Shown piece by piece: positions 1-12,519 of a stretch of 64,000 nucleotides of DNA (position 1 is the first letter of the stretch; each line of letters begins with the position of its first letter). A program made the translations under genes and the position numbers. The DNA is taken from NCBI GenBank assembly GCA_050613775.1, contig JBODTK010000101.1, forward strand, positions 434,001 to 498,000, read 5' to 3'. Source of the stretch: Neocallimastix sp. 'constans' (taxonomy: Eukaryota). A model generated the notes under the pieces. The model saw only the letters and a program-made list of their open reading frames with translations, did not search any database and had not been told where the DNA came from.

Positions 1-17
1 TATTATTATTATCTTAC

Positions 18-724
18 CGTTATAGCTAAAATTAAAGTTATTGTAAAAAAACTTTTTAATAGAGTTCTAAATTCTTGAAAATCAATATCTATAGATATAG
101 TTTTATTTTCGTTTTTATTTTCATTTCCATTGTCAATTTCAAGAGAATTTTTATCATCATTACCTTCCTCATAATTTTCTTCGTCACCATCCCAATTTTC
201 ATTTTTTTTAGTAAAATAAGTTAGTATTCCAAAAACATAGATAACAAAAAATAAAAAGAATAGCAATAATTGACAATATACCCCTGTTAAACAATTCTTT
301 GCTAACTCTTTTCTCATCTAATATTATTTATCAATATATGTAGTTTTTAAAATAATATAATATTAATAAATTGAATTTCTATTTATATATATAGTTTCAT
401 AGAAGATAAATAAGTAATTATTAAATAAAATTGAAATACTTTACTGAAAATAGGGCATAAATTTCAAATACAAAAATGAGTGTGCCAAGTTGGTCATAAT
501 TAAAAAAGGTAATGATCTTATAAAAATAATAATTAAAGACATTATATATATATATATATATTTATTAATATTATAATTTTATTATTTTTTTTTTTCTTTT
601 TTTTTATAAAGGTTATTTTAAAATAAAAATATAGTTAATAATATATATATATATATATATAAATACTACTTACTGCTAAAAAAAAGAGCAGAAATTCAAC
701 AGTTGCTTTATATAATTTATTCAT
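18..724 (-). CDS. Four-TM membrane protein family, paralogue 1 (3' part runs off the window); exons 724-674, 516-445, 317-18
   Basis: Hand-spliced at GT-AG sites: MNKLYKATVEFLLFFLA / IITFFNYDQLGTLIFVFEIYALFS / MRKELAK...LILAIT. Exons of 51 and 72 nt with phase-0 introns match the other array members. The loop between TM3 and TM4 is acidic. Confidence 0.75.
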
Positions 725-740
725 TTTATTTTGACCTATA

Positions 741-771
<31 letters not shown>

Positions 772-900
772 TTTATAATATAATGTATATGTATTTATAG
801 TATTATATTTTATATAATATTATATCATTATATAATATTTGATAGTATTTATTTTTTTTTTCTAATAGATATTATTCACTTTTTATTACTATTATTATTT

Positions 901-944
<44 letters not shown>

Positions 945-1818
945 CAATAGAATCTTTATTTTTTTTTCTCCATTTAAATACGAAGTTAAAAATAATAATA
1001 AAATTTATAAACTTTAATTATTATTAAACTAAAATTGATCTATAAAAAAAAATTTTTAATATTAATTTTTAAAATTAGACATAAAATAATAATAATACTA
1101 TTTTTTAATCATTTTATAATTCAAAATTATATGAGTTTATAATATAAATACAGATATTTCTTTTATATATATATATATATATATATTTATATTTTTTTTT
1201 TTGTTATAATTTTTATTTATTTTTTCTATATTTAAATAATAGATATTTGAAAATAAAATAAGAAATAAAAAAAAATATATATCTTCATATTAAATAGTAA
1301 TGTAACGTATATATATTTATTTCATAAAAAAAAAAAAAAATAATAAAAATAATTAAATACAAAAATAATAAATCTATTTTGGTATTATTAACTTTCAAAG
1401 TTAATTATATATATATTGGAAATAAAAGTAACAAAAAAAAAAAAAATAATAATTTTTTTTTTTTTTTAAACAAAATAAAAAACATAAATTTTTAAATTAA
1501 AAAAAAAAAAAAAATTAAAAATTAAAATTGGTAATTCATTGGTATTATTCATTGGTATTATTGTCCTTTTACATAATTTACAGTAATATGCTGTTATCTT
1601 AATAGTAATAATAATAATATCCTTTACATCGGTTATTAATATAAAGCAGAAATATTAAAAATATTGAATTGCAGAAAAAAACGTTGAATTTGATATTTTC
1701 TCTATTTTTTTTTTTTTTTTTTTTTTTGTTATTTTTCAAAAAAGGTAAAAAAAAGATTTTTAGGAAGAAAAAAAAAAGATTTTTTTTATCCTTATTAAAC
1801 TGTAAAAGTATTTTAGAA

Positions 1819-1865
<47 letters not shown>

Positions 1866-1887
1866 ATCTATGATATTATTCTTTTAT

Positions 1888-2977
1888 TTATATAGTATTA
1901 TATGTATTATTATTACTATTATTATTAACATTATCATTTTCCATTGGAAAAGCAGGCTGAAGAGAATTATCAATTAAATTTGAATTTTCAGGGTATGATA
2001 TTTCTGTAGAATTCATATTAATATCAATAATTGATGAGAAAGAACTGATAGAATTTGTTTTACTGTCATCTTTTATAATATTATAAGAATTTCTCTTTGT
2101 TTTATTCAAATAAAAATTTTTGATAAATTTACGTATTGATATGATTATAAAAATCTATAAAATAATAATAAAATAAAATAAAATAAAATAGGTATTAAAT
2201 ATATTTATTAGAATTATTTGGGAATTCAGAGCAAATAAAAACTTTTATTTAATTATTTTTATTTAATATATATATATATATATTTAGTATGTCATATTAT
2301 TATATATTTATTTACCTGGAATATTGATAAAACCATTATTATTATTGTAATAGGGATTAAACAGAGTATTTCTTTATTTAATTCATCTTTTCTATCATAT
2401 GAATTATAGTATTGTAATAAAGTAACATCCGTTATAATACAAATAACAAATAATGATGCAAGTATAAAAATATCAAATAAAAATGGAATTATCATTATTT
2501 TTAATAATGATATATCTTTCTATTATTTTAAAATTTTAAAAATATTTGGAATTTAACATCAAATAAAAAAATAAATATAAATAAAAATATAATATGATAA
2601 GTAAATATATATAGATATATAATATAAGATAATATATATAAATTTGTTATTTTTAAATTTCTAAATTGCTATTTAATTTATTTAAATTATTATTTAATTA
2701 GTAACATTAAATAATTACCTTTTTTAAACCATAAAATGAAAACCCTGATACCACAATCCCGAGAATATTAAAACTCGATATTGATGATACCTAATTTTCA
2801 AATACATATAGGCAAGTTATATTAGAAATTTCCCTTTCAATTATTTTTTTTTTTAATTCATTTATTATTATTTATTTTATTATTAGTATTTCATAATTAT
2901 AATTTTTTTTTTTAAATATTTACAATCATAATTATTAATAATTTTTTTAAAGTTTTTTCACTAATGTCAAAGTTCAT
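1888..2977 (-). CDS. Four-TM membrane protein family, paralogue 2 (~198 aa); exons 2977-2924, 2790-2719, 2519-2316, 2154-1888
   Basis: All junctions are GT-AG and in frame: MNFDISEKTLKKLLIIMI / VSSISSFNILGIVVSGFSFYGLKK / KDISLLKIMIIPFLFDI...SIFQ / IFIIISIRKF...stop. Confidence 0.85.
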
Positions 2978-3291
2978 TTTATTTTTTCTTATTGTTTAAA
3001 ACTTCAAAAGCAGTGATAGTTTTTATATATAAAATCAAAGATATTTATATTTAAAGAAATAAATAATTCTATTGTATTATTTTTAATGTATTAATGTACA
3101 TAAATTCTATATGGTATATTGTGCTATAAAAAGAATCAGAAAAATTAAATAAAAAAAATAAAATAAAATAAAAAAAATAAAATAAAATAAAACTAAATCT
3201 TTATATAATAATTTTTTTAATTAGTTTTTTTTTAATTAGTTTTTTTTTTTTTTTTTTTTTTTTAACTATTTTCGATAACATCAACATTTAT

Positions 3292-3616
3292 TTTGAATAT
3301 TATGTTATTAAATTTTAGTTTTTGATATGTGATCACTTTATTTATTTTTATTATTTTTTATTATTATTTTAATAACTATATATTTTTAGTAATATTTTAT
3401 ATTATAGGATTAATTATCATAATCCTTAAATGTATATACATTAATAAAATTTAATTTAACTATATTAGTTATAATTGTAAATATATGATGTACATCATTA
3501 ATACGCCTCATAATATTTTACATTATACAAAATAATGAAAAACATATTTAATTTAATAAATAAGTAAATCTTAATTATACAAGACTTAATTAAAATATTA
3601 AACTTTATTTTTAACA
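3292..3616 (-). repeat. 3' LTR of the Copia element
   Basis: Starts TGTTAA on the minus strand directly after the PPT. By eye it is identical to 5498-5822. Confidence 0.95.
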
Positions 3617-3624
3617 TTCCCCCT
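3617..3624 (-). other. Polypurine tract (AGGGGGAA)
   Basis: Purine run abutting the TG of the 3' LTR and overlapping the RNase H stop codon. Confidence 0.9.
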
Positions 3625-4530
3625 AAAGTTTAATATTATTTAGATCATAGAGAATATTATTTCTAAACCTGGTCATTAAAGTAGAATTTAGATATTTGGT
3701 AAATCCATCGGATAAGTTATTTTCAGATTTTATATACTTTAAATTAATATAACCTTTCTTGATTAATTCTCTTATACTGTGATATCGAAGGTCGATGTGC
3801 TTGGATTTCGGATTAATAGTTTCATTTTCGCAATTGTAAATTGCAGCTTTATTATCGGTGTTTATTGTAATAACATCCTGCTTAAGTCCAAGTTCTTTAA
3901 ATATATTTCTATACCAGAGACAGTGTCTTGCACACTCATGAATTCCATAATACTCACTTTCCGCAGTAGAAACTGAAACACAATGTTGCAGTTTGGAATA
4001 CCAACTAGTAGGAGCTGAGTTTATCATCATTACAAATCCAGTAGTTGACTTCCTTGTTTCCTTATCACCACCTAAATCGGCGTCAACATAAACATTAAAA
4101 TTAAAAGTATTAGTATAAGTGAATTTAATTCCATAGTTAGGATTACCTTTCAAGTATCTAAAAATTTTTAGTACATTGTACCAATCTTCGTATGTTGGAT
4201 TATCGGATTTTCTGGAAGCTTTACTTACAGAAAATAATATGTCCGGTCTCGTGCTGATAGCTAAATATAACAAAGATCCTATAGCTTGCTTATATTTTGT
4301 TACATTAAATTTTTTACTCCTTAATTCAATAGATTCGATTGGTGTTGTATTTGATACTGGGTTATATTTATTGATATTAAACTTATTTAAAATTTCATTA
4401 AGATATTTCTTCTGATGGATAATATAACCATCATTACATTTTACAAATTTTATACCTATAATAAAGTCTACTTCACCTACATCTGTAGCTTCAAAATTAT
4501 TTTTAATTAAAGTATTTATCGTACACCACA
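3623..4530 (-). pseudogene. pol: Truncated Copia pol: RT C-terminus plus RNase H (left boundary of the deletion junction approximate)
   Basis: Motifs DVGEVDFIIGI, YKQAIGSLLYLAISTRPDI, YVDADLGGD..RKSTTG, STAESEY, DNKAAI, SKHIDLRYH, NLSDGFTK. No protease, integrase or RT YVDD motif is present, and the remnant is out of frame with gag. Confidence 0.92.
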
Positions 4531-5348
4531 CCTCCGTGTATTCTTCCATTTTTGAGACACTCACGTGATATATGACCAAATCCGCCACAATTATGACATC
4601 TGATATTTCTTTTACTGCGCTTTCTATTTTGTTTATTTCTACTGTTACTTTCATTAATTCTTACTTCATTATTGAATACCTTAGCCTTTTCTTGTTTAAT
4701 TTTTAAAGTATTCAAAAATTTTATTCTTGGAATTGATGTTTTTAGCATATTACAACATCCATTCCAATCATTCTGAAAACCAAGTAAATTTGTTAATTGG
4801 GCAATATCGGATGGGATAGCATTATATAAATAATTGAATTTTCTTTCATCGTTCACATTTTCCCCAAGTTTCTTTAATTTGTCGAAGGTAATTTCCATGT
4901 TGGCTATAAAAATTCCTATGTCTGTGGATTTATCGTAAGTCATGTTCTCCAGCTTTTCGTTTAATTGTAACTTCATTTCTTCATTACCTTTGGTAAAAGT
5001 TTTCTTTAGCAATTTCCATATGTCGTATGCGGAACTATTCTTGAAATCTATACTTAATTTAATTTCGTTTTCTAAATTCATACTAATATATCTTTTTGCT
5101 TTGCTGTCACCAACTATCATTTTCGTTGTGACTGATTTATGGTAATAAGTATCAGTTCCTCTAATTTTCATACCCTTTAAGGATTCGAAATTTTCAGCGT
5201 TGTTGGCAATTTTCTTCATATTATCTTCGTAGATATATTGATCTAATTCATTAGCAGTTAATATTAGATCCATATCTGAAGCCCAAAGTGGATAGGTTTC
5301 CACGGTAAGTTTTTTATTACTTAAAATGTTGAACGCTTTATCTTCCAT
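4503..5348 (-). CDS. gag: Copia Gag polyprotein (281 aa ORF)
   Basis: Copia-Gag-like segments (L..ETYPLWASDM, SAYDIWKLLKKTF) and the zinc knuckle CHNCGGFGHISREC. The ORF starts ~150 bp downstream of the 5' LTR. Confidence 0.92.
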   Translation of the reverse strand: MEDKAFNILSNKKLTVETYPLWASDMDLILTANELDQYIYEDNMKKIANNAENFESLKGMKIRGTDTYYHKSVTTKMIVGDSKAKRYISMNLENEIKLSIDFKNSSAYDIWKLLKKTFTKGNEEMKLQLNEKLENMTYDKSTDIGIFIANMEITFDKLKKLGENVNDERKFNYLYNAIPSDIAQLTNLLGFQNDWNGCCNMLKTSIPRIKFLNTLKIKQEKAKVFNNEVRINESNSRNKQNRKRSKRNIRCHNCGGFGHISRECLKNGRIHGGVVYDKYFN

Positions 5349-5483
5349 TGTTTTAGAATTTTAAAAATTAAGATTTAATTAAATTGAATTTTGAGATTTC
5401 GAAATTTCAATTTCTTTTTGTTTTATTATAATGTAATTTATTTTTGAGATTTATAAACTAGCTTTTATATGCTGGAGCTAATT

Positions 5484-5497
5484 TGAGACTCTTAATC
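5484..5497 (-). other. Primer-binding site GATTAAGAGTCTCA, complementary to the anticodon arm of tRNA-Lys(CUU)
   Basis: The plus strand reads TGAGACTCTTAATC, which is the anticodon stem-loop sequence of eukaryotic tRNA-Lys(CUU). It abuts the 5' LTR. Confidence 0.8.
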
Positions 5498-5822
5498 TTT
5501 GAATATTATGTTATTAAATTTTAGTTTTTGATATGTGATCACTTTATTTATTTTTATTATTTTTTATTATTATTTTAATAACTATATATTTTTAGTAATA
5601 TTTTATATTATAGGATTAATTATCATAATCCTTAAATGTATATACATTAATAAAATTTAATTTAACTATATTAGTTATAATTGTAAATATATGATGTACA
5701 TCATTAATACGCCTCATAATATTTTACATTATACAAAATAATGAAAAACATATTTAATTTAATAAATAAGTAAATCTTAATTATACAAGACTTAATTAAA
5801 ATATTAAACTTTATTTTTAACA
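5498..5822 (-). repeat. 5' LTR of the Copia element
   Basis: 325-bp direct repeat of 3292-3616, reading TGTTAA...TTCAAA on the minus strand. Confidence 0.95.
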
Positions 5823-6540
5823 TTTATTGAGCTTGAAATAAATTAAATTCCAAGAAATTATTGGATATACTTTATAAGGTTTCCAAGAAATTATCAAAAT
5901 TAATATAAAAATTAAAAATAAAATTATTTTATTAAAAAAAAAAAATAAAAAAAATATATATAAAAAAAATCATTAAATAAATAAAAATAAATTTATGAAT
6001 TAAAGTTTATATTATATTATATTAAATATAAATTATTTTAATGTTTTTCCTATATTATTTTAACCTTTCATCAATAAAGTAAATTAATTTAAATAGACAT
6101 CATATATTATATGTATATTGGTATTATATTACATGACTATTTTTGAAACTTATTTTATTTTTTATTAATTAAATTAATTTTTATTTTTATTATTTTTTTT
6201 TGAAGAGGATGAAAAATTAATATTAAACAAAATAAAATGTCAATTTTGATTTTTAATGCTGTCAATGTCAACTTATGACAGTAGTAATATTTTATTAATT
6301 CTTTGTTATTATAATTGGTATTATTTTTATTATTATTGTTTAATATTTTATTATATAAAGATAATCAAATATTTAAACAAGATTAAAAAAAAAAAAAATT
6401 AACAAAATTATAATATAATAAGGTAAAAAAAAAAAAAATAATAATTGTAAAAAAATATTCATTAATTTTTATGTCTATTTTTTTCTTCAATATTTATAAT
6501 ACTTCCATTAATTATTAGAGATGATACAAGTGTTAAATAA

Positions 6541-6576
<36 letters not shown>

Positions 6577-7834
6577 AAATAAATAAATAAATAATAAATA
6601 ATAAATAAATAATAAATAATAAATAAATAAATAAATAAATAATAAATAAATAAATAAATAAATAAATAGATAATATTATTTGTTCCATATAATAAAAAAA
6701 AAGATATTAATATACTGGAAATTTGGAAATACTATGTAAGAAAATATATAATTAATAATATTACTATATATAAGTATTATTTAAATTATTATAATATGTA
6801 ATATTCATTCTAATTAATAAATAATTTTTCTATATTTAATAAATCTAACAAACAAAGAAGTAAAAAAAAAAAAAAAAAAAAATAAACAAAATTTTTTATT
6901 TTATTTCAAGAGCTTTTTTTCTAATTTAATTTATTATCTTAATGATATTTTATTTATTTTATTAATTAAATTAAATTTTGAAAAAATTTTTGCCAATATT
7001 TTATATTAATTTTTTATTTTTTATTTTTTATTTTTTTTTATTTGATATAATTAAAAAAAAAAAAAATAATAATAAAAAAAAAAAAAAAAATAACAAATAT
7101 ATATAAAATATATATTATGGATAAAATTCTTATGATTTCTCCATATTTAATAGTATTGATTATAACAATAAAAAATAATTAAAATATGTTTATAAAAGTA
7201 TTTTAAATACATTTTGCATTAATTAAAAATTTAATTTTTAAATGCATTTGATATTAATTGAAAATTTAATAAACTTTTTTTTTTTTTTTTTCTTTTATTG
7301 AATTTATTAAATGTTTTAATTTTATATTATTTTATTATTACCATTATTTATTAATTATTATTAATTATTATTATTATTAATCATTATTTTTATTATTTTT
7401 TAATTATATACATTTTCATTATTGGTATAACTTTTAATAATTTATTATTTCAAAGCTTTTATATTTATAAATATAAAGTCATAGATACTATAGTATTAAC
7501 TGAATTTATAAAAATATAAATATATATATTTAATAGGTTTAGTTAACAAATTTCATAATTTTTATTTTAAGATAGTTTATGTAAATATTATTATTATTAT
7601 TAGTATTATTATTATGCCTTCCTTTTCCTTTTATTTTTTATTTTATTTAATTTAAAATTTTAATTTTTATACAGTTAATTACACTTTTTATTTATTATAT
7701 TATGTTATATTATATTTTTATTTTATAATAATTTTTTTATTTTTTATTTTATTTTATTTTATTTTATTTTATTCTATTATATTTCATTTTCTTTTAATTT
7801 TCTTTCTACTTTTGGTAATAAAAGAAAAAAAAAA

Positions 7835-9637
7835 TTAATATAATGAATAAGGTGGTGGAGGTTGTGTAGGTATATCATTATTTTGGGTATTATTTAGTCC
7901 ATTTTCTACATTAACTATATCAACTGATGAACTACTATTTCGTATATTAAAAAGATTACTGGTTGAGGTAAGCTGTATACTTGATGATGAATCATTATTT
8001 GAATTATTTTGATTATCTGAAGTCGTCATATATGTGGGAGTTGATGTATTCGCATCTGTAGTGGATGGAACTTCAAGATTAGTAAGATTTGGAATATTTG
8101 TTAAATAGGTTGAATCTTGATTAATCATGGATATTGAATGATCAGGCAATACATTACTGTTATTACTATTGCTATTATTTTCTAATATTGGAGGATCTGG
8201 TTCTCTTCTTGTAGGTGTAATAATAATTGATGCATTATCTGATTGTAATGGATATGGTGTCAATGCAGGCGGTGGTATCATTAGATTTTCATTTATTTGA
8301 GAAGTAGGAGGTTGTATATATGATGAATCAATATTGGTTTCTGGTGGTGAATAAGGTGGTAATGGATTTGGTGGTGAATAAGAGGGTAGCGAATTATCTC
8401 TTTCTATTTCATTGTCTGATGTATACACTATTTCTGCATTGTTATTACTTATATTTTCGAATACTAATAAATAAATAAATAAATAAATAAATAAATATAT
8501 ATATATATATATATAGGTAGATAGAAAATATGTCAATAAATAAATAAATATATAAATATAAATAGAAAATAAGTTAATAAATAAATAAATAAATATATAT
8601 TTAGATAGATAGAAAATAAGTTAATAAATAAATAAATAAATAAATAATAAACAAATAAATAAATTAATAAATTAATAAATAAATAAATAAATAAATAAGT
8701 TAATAAATAAATTAATTGATTTATAATAAAATAATAATAATAATAATATTAAAGTAATAATAATAAAAAATAATAATAAAAACAATTAAAACAATAGTAA
8801 TAGTAAATATAATAAAATTATTATTAATTAAATAAAAATAAAAATAAATTAAATAATTACCAATTGGATTTTTAAGTAATATGTAAAGTTCAATTGTTAA
8901 AAATGTCTATAGTATTTTGATTTTTAAAAAATTTAGCAGCAATTAATTTATATAATTAAAATATAGTATATATAATTTTATATTAAGAATATAATAATTT
9001 TCAGTAAAATAAATACTTATTATAAATAAAAACTTTTATGTCTATAATAAATAGATTAGATTAATATATACCTGTACAATGAATTGAAGTATTATTTTAA
9101 TTATTTTTAAAAGATAATATCTTTCAGTATAGTTCTTATCATGTTCAATAATATAATAAATTGTAGTTGCTGTTAAAAAGGTAATGAAATTTATAGTATA
9201 CACGATGTTTTCGAATAGAAGAGGTATTATCAATAATTTTAAAAAGATAGGATATTTCTAATAAAATGTTTCGTTAATTTATGAACTTAAATTAGAAATC
9301 TATATTTAAAAATTTATTGAATTAAAATTTTTTATATTATCATTATTATAATTATTATTATTTTTTTTACTTTATAAATTCCATAAAGGGTTAATGATCC
9401 AATGATAATTTCTACTATAGAAAAATCAAATATTCCAATAATCTTTTATAAAACAAGTAAATTTTAATAAAAGTTATAAATAATTAATCAACAACACAAA
9501 TAATTAAAATATATATAATAATATTTTTTTTGTTTTTTATTTATAATTTGAATTTATTATTACTAAATTGAAATTTTTATATTTACAATTGTTATAATAC
9601 ATGACACTTCTAGAATTATAATTTTTTTTCTTTCCAT
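7835..9637 (-). CDS. Four-TM membrane protein family, paralogue 3, with Pro/Ser/Asn-rich tail and PY motifs; exons 9637-9587, 9442-9371, 9257-9072, 8906-8861, 8463-7835
   Basis: In-frame GT-AG splicing with exons of 51/72/186/46/629 nt. Contains KYPIFLKLLIIPLLFENI; the tail has LPSY, LPPY and a terminal PPPPYSLY. Confidence 0.85.
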
Positions 9638-10717
9638 TTTTATATTTTTATTTTATTTTATTTTTATTTATTTATTTATTTTTTTTGTTATATAACTATG
9701 TGAAATAATTAATGCATTTTTACAAATGTATAATCTATTTTTCCCCTTTATTTTTTATATATGATTATATATATATTTTTAATTAAATATCTTTATTATT
9801 ATTATTATTATTATTTATTGAATTTTTATAAAAATAATTATATAGATTTTATATGATGTTTTTTTTTCAAAAGAAAAAAAAAATAAAGCCCTCCTCGAGG
9901 AATATATATTAAAGATAGGTATATAATAGGTAAAAAAAAAGAATTTACTATGGAATATTTAGAACAAAATAAAAAAAAATATATATATATAAAAAAAAAA
10001 ATTTTTTTTTAAAATTTATGTTTGTATATATATATATATCATTTTTTTGAACAATTTAGAAAAAAAATTTTTTTTGTTAATTAATTACAATTTTTATTAA
10101 TTATATTATATTAATTGTTTGAGTACTAAAAATCTTAAATTTTAAATAAATATACATTATAGAGTTTATATATTATATGTATAACTAAGATATATAGTAA
10201 TATTAACTATTTAATCATAAATTAATTACAAATTATGAAAAATTAACTTATATATAATTAATAAATAAATAAATAAATAATATAAATAAATAATATAAAT
10301 AAAATAAATGAATAAATAAATGTAATAATAATAAAAATAAATTATTTCATGAAATAAATAAATAAATAAATAAATAAACTAATTATTAAATAAAAGATAT
10401 AAATTAAACTATATTTTTAAATACTATATATTATATTTTAATATGATTAAATATATATAATATAATTTTAAAATAATTTTAAAATATTTTATATATATAA
10501 TATTTTTAATGTTTTGAAAGAATAAATTTTAAATGTATATATATAATATTTTTTTTTCTTAATTTTTTTTTTAAACAATATTATAAAAAGTATTTTATTT
10601 TCTTTTAATATAATTAATATTATATTTTTATTTTATTGTGATATTATAAATTATTTTTTAACTTTTTTTTTTTTCTTTTTTTTTTTTTTTCTTTTTTTTT
10701 TTTTTAAAAATCAATAT

Positions 10718-12235
10718 TTATGGTACTTCATTTGCAAATATATTACTAGGTGAAACTAAAGTATTGGAATTGCTTGATATATTTGATGATATACCTATTG
10801 ATGGTATCACTGAATAAGACGATAACATAGCGGGAGGTGGTGATGTGTGGGAATTCGTTAAATCTATTCTATTCATTCTATTATTTACATTTAAATTTGT
10901 TGTTGTTACATTAGATGGCAAAAGTAAATTAGTTGAAGTTGAGGTTTTTGATAAAAAAACTATTTTGTAATTTAATATAAATAATATATATATAAGTTTT
11001 TTTTTTCTATATTAATATATATTATCTTAATAATATATATATTTTTTATTTAAATATTTTCTTTTATAATATATTATTATATTATTATAAGACCTTTTGG
11101 ATTTTTTGTGTACTTATAAATGTATATGACATAATAAATCTTGATTTAGTAATTAAATAAATATATAAATATAAATATAAATATAAATATAAATATAAAT
11201 ATAAATATAAATATAAATATAAATATAAATATAAATATAAATATAAATATAAATATAAATATAAATATAAATATAAATATAAATATAAATATAAAATATA
11301 AATATAAAATATAAATATAAAATATAAAATATAAATATAAAATATAAATATAAATATAAATATAAATATAAATATAAATATAAATATAAATATAAATATA
11401 AATATAAATATATATATAATATAAATATAAAATATAAATATAAATACAAATATACATATAAAAATAAAATATAAATATAAATATAAAATATAAATATAAA
11501 TGGTTTCGTATATATTATATTAAATATTCCTTTAAAAAAAATAATATTATACATATTTAATTTTATTTTTGTTTGAACTTTTAATATTTAATTATGAAAT
11601 GTATAATTTTAAAAACAATTTTTTTTATTTTATTTTTCATATTTCCATATATAATATGATAAAAATAAGTAAGAAACAATAATTATATATATACCTGTAA
11701 TACAGCAAAAACAATAAATAATAAAAATAATAATATTCTTAGAAATATTTTAATAGTTGTATTTTTATTAGTTTTAAAGAATAACCAAATAATCGTAAAT
11801 CTTTTACCAAGATTATTATATTCATCTGAAAAAAGTGGTAATACTACTACAACAGATAATATTAAATTACCAATAGCAAAAATCACAGCCTCAATTATAT
11901 TTGGTAATAATAGATATTTCAGTATATTAAAATTATTCTAAATGTTGTTGTAATAAATATTTGAATATGAATTAATACGGGTTATTCTTTTTATTATAAT
12001 ATATATATATATATATATTTACTGTTTGTAAACAATATAGTGTTATAGATGATACTATAATTCCAAGAAAATTGAAATATATAATTGAAATAATCTAATT
12101 TAATAATATATATACATATATATTTTAAATATATATTAATACATCTGTTACTGTAATATATTTATTAATATAAAGTAATGTTACCAGTAATGTTATTGAT
12201 AATATTTTTAAAGTTTTAACATTTGGTTCTTTCAT
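10718..12235 (-). CDS. Four-TM membrane protein family, paralogue 4; exons 12235-12185, 12094-12023, 11937-11695, 11139-11094, 10959-10718
   Basis: In-frame GT-AG splicing with exons of 51/72/243/46/242 nt. Contains NNFNILKYLLLPNIIEAV and the same 46-nt fourth exon (..KNP.) as paralogue 3. Confidence 0.82.
11160..11500. repeat. (ATAAAT)n microsatellite inside intron 3 of paralogue 4
   Basis: Directly visible hexamer repeat. It is the source of the spurious YIYI/YLYL ORFs. Confidence 0.95.
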
Positions 12236-12472
12236 TTATAATAATATTATAATATAATTTTTTTTATTTTTATTTTTATTTTTTATTTTTTATTTTATAT
12301 TGTATTTAAGAATTAAATGTTGTAAAACAAATTTTTTAATTATTAAATATTATTATATAATATATTCATTGCTTCATCTATTTATCATTATGACTATTTT
12401 TTTTTTTTTTTTTTTTCCTTTTTTCTTCACTTCTCAAAAGTAAATAATTTTTCTATATAAAATTAAAAAACC

Positions 12473-12519
<47 letters not shown>

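Larger units (their letters stand above)
3292..5822 (-). mobile_element. Ty1/Copia LTR retrotransposon, internally deleted (non-autonomous), 2531 bp
   Basis: Two 325-bp direct repeats (3292-3616, 5498-5822), TTTAT on both flanks (3287-3291, 5823-5827), a PBS, a PPT, gag with a CCHC knuckle, and a Copia-type RT C-terminus plus RNase H. Confidence 0.97.

Noticed and set aside
4555..4654. N-terminus of ORF 3623..4654 as a real Pol start or programmed gag-pol frameshift
   Set aside because: It is an alternative frame over the gag zinc knuckle. Pol similarity begins only near 4520, after the deletion junction.
5470..5500. tRNA-Lys gene
   Set aside because: Only a 14-nt anticodon-arm match with no acceptor, D or T arms. 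It is explained as the retrotransposon PBS.
11146..11554. YIYI/YLYL ORFs, and similar poly-F/L/I/Y/N ORFs at 1669, 22882, 27665, 39847, 40880, 41839, 42238, 43475, 47250, 48977, 62662
   Set aside because: These are translations of microsatellites and homopolymers in introns or intergenic DNA.
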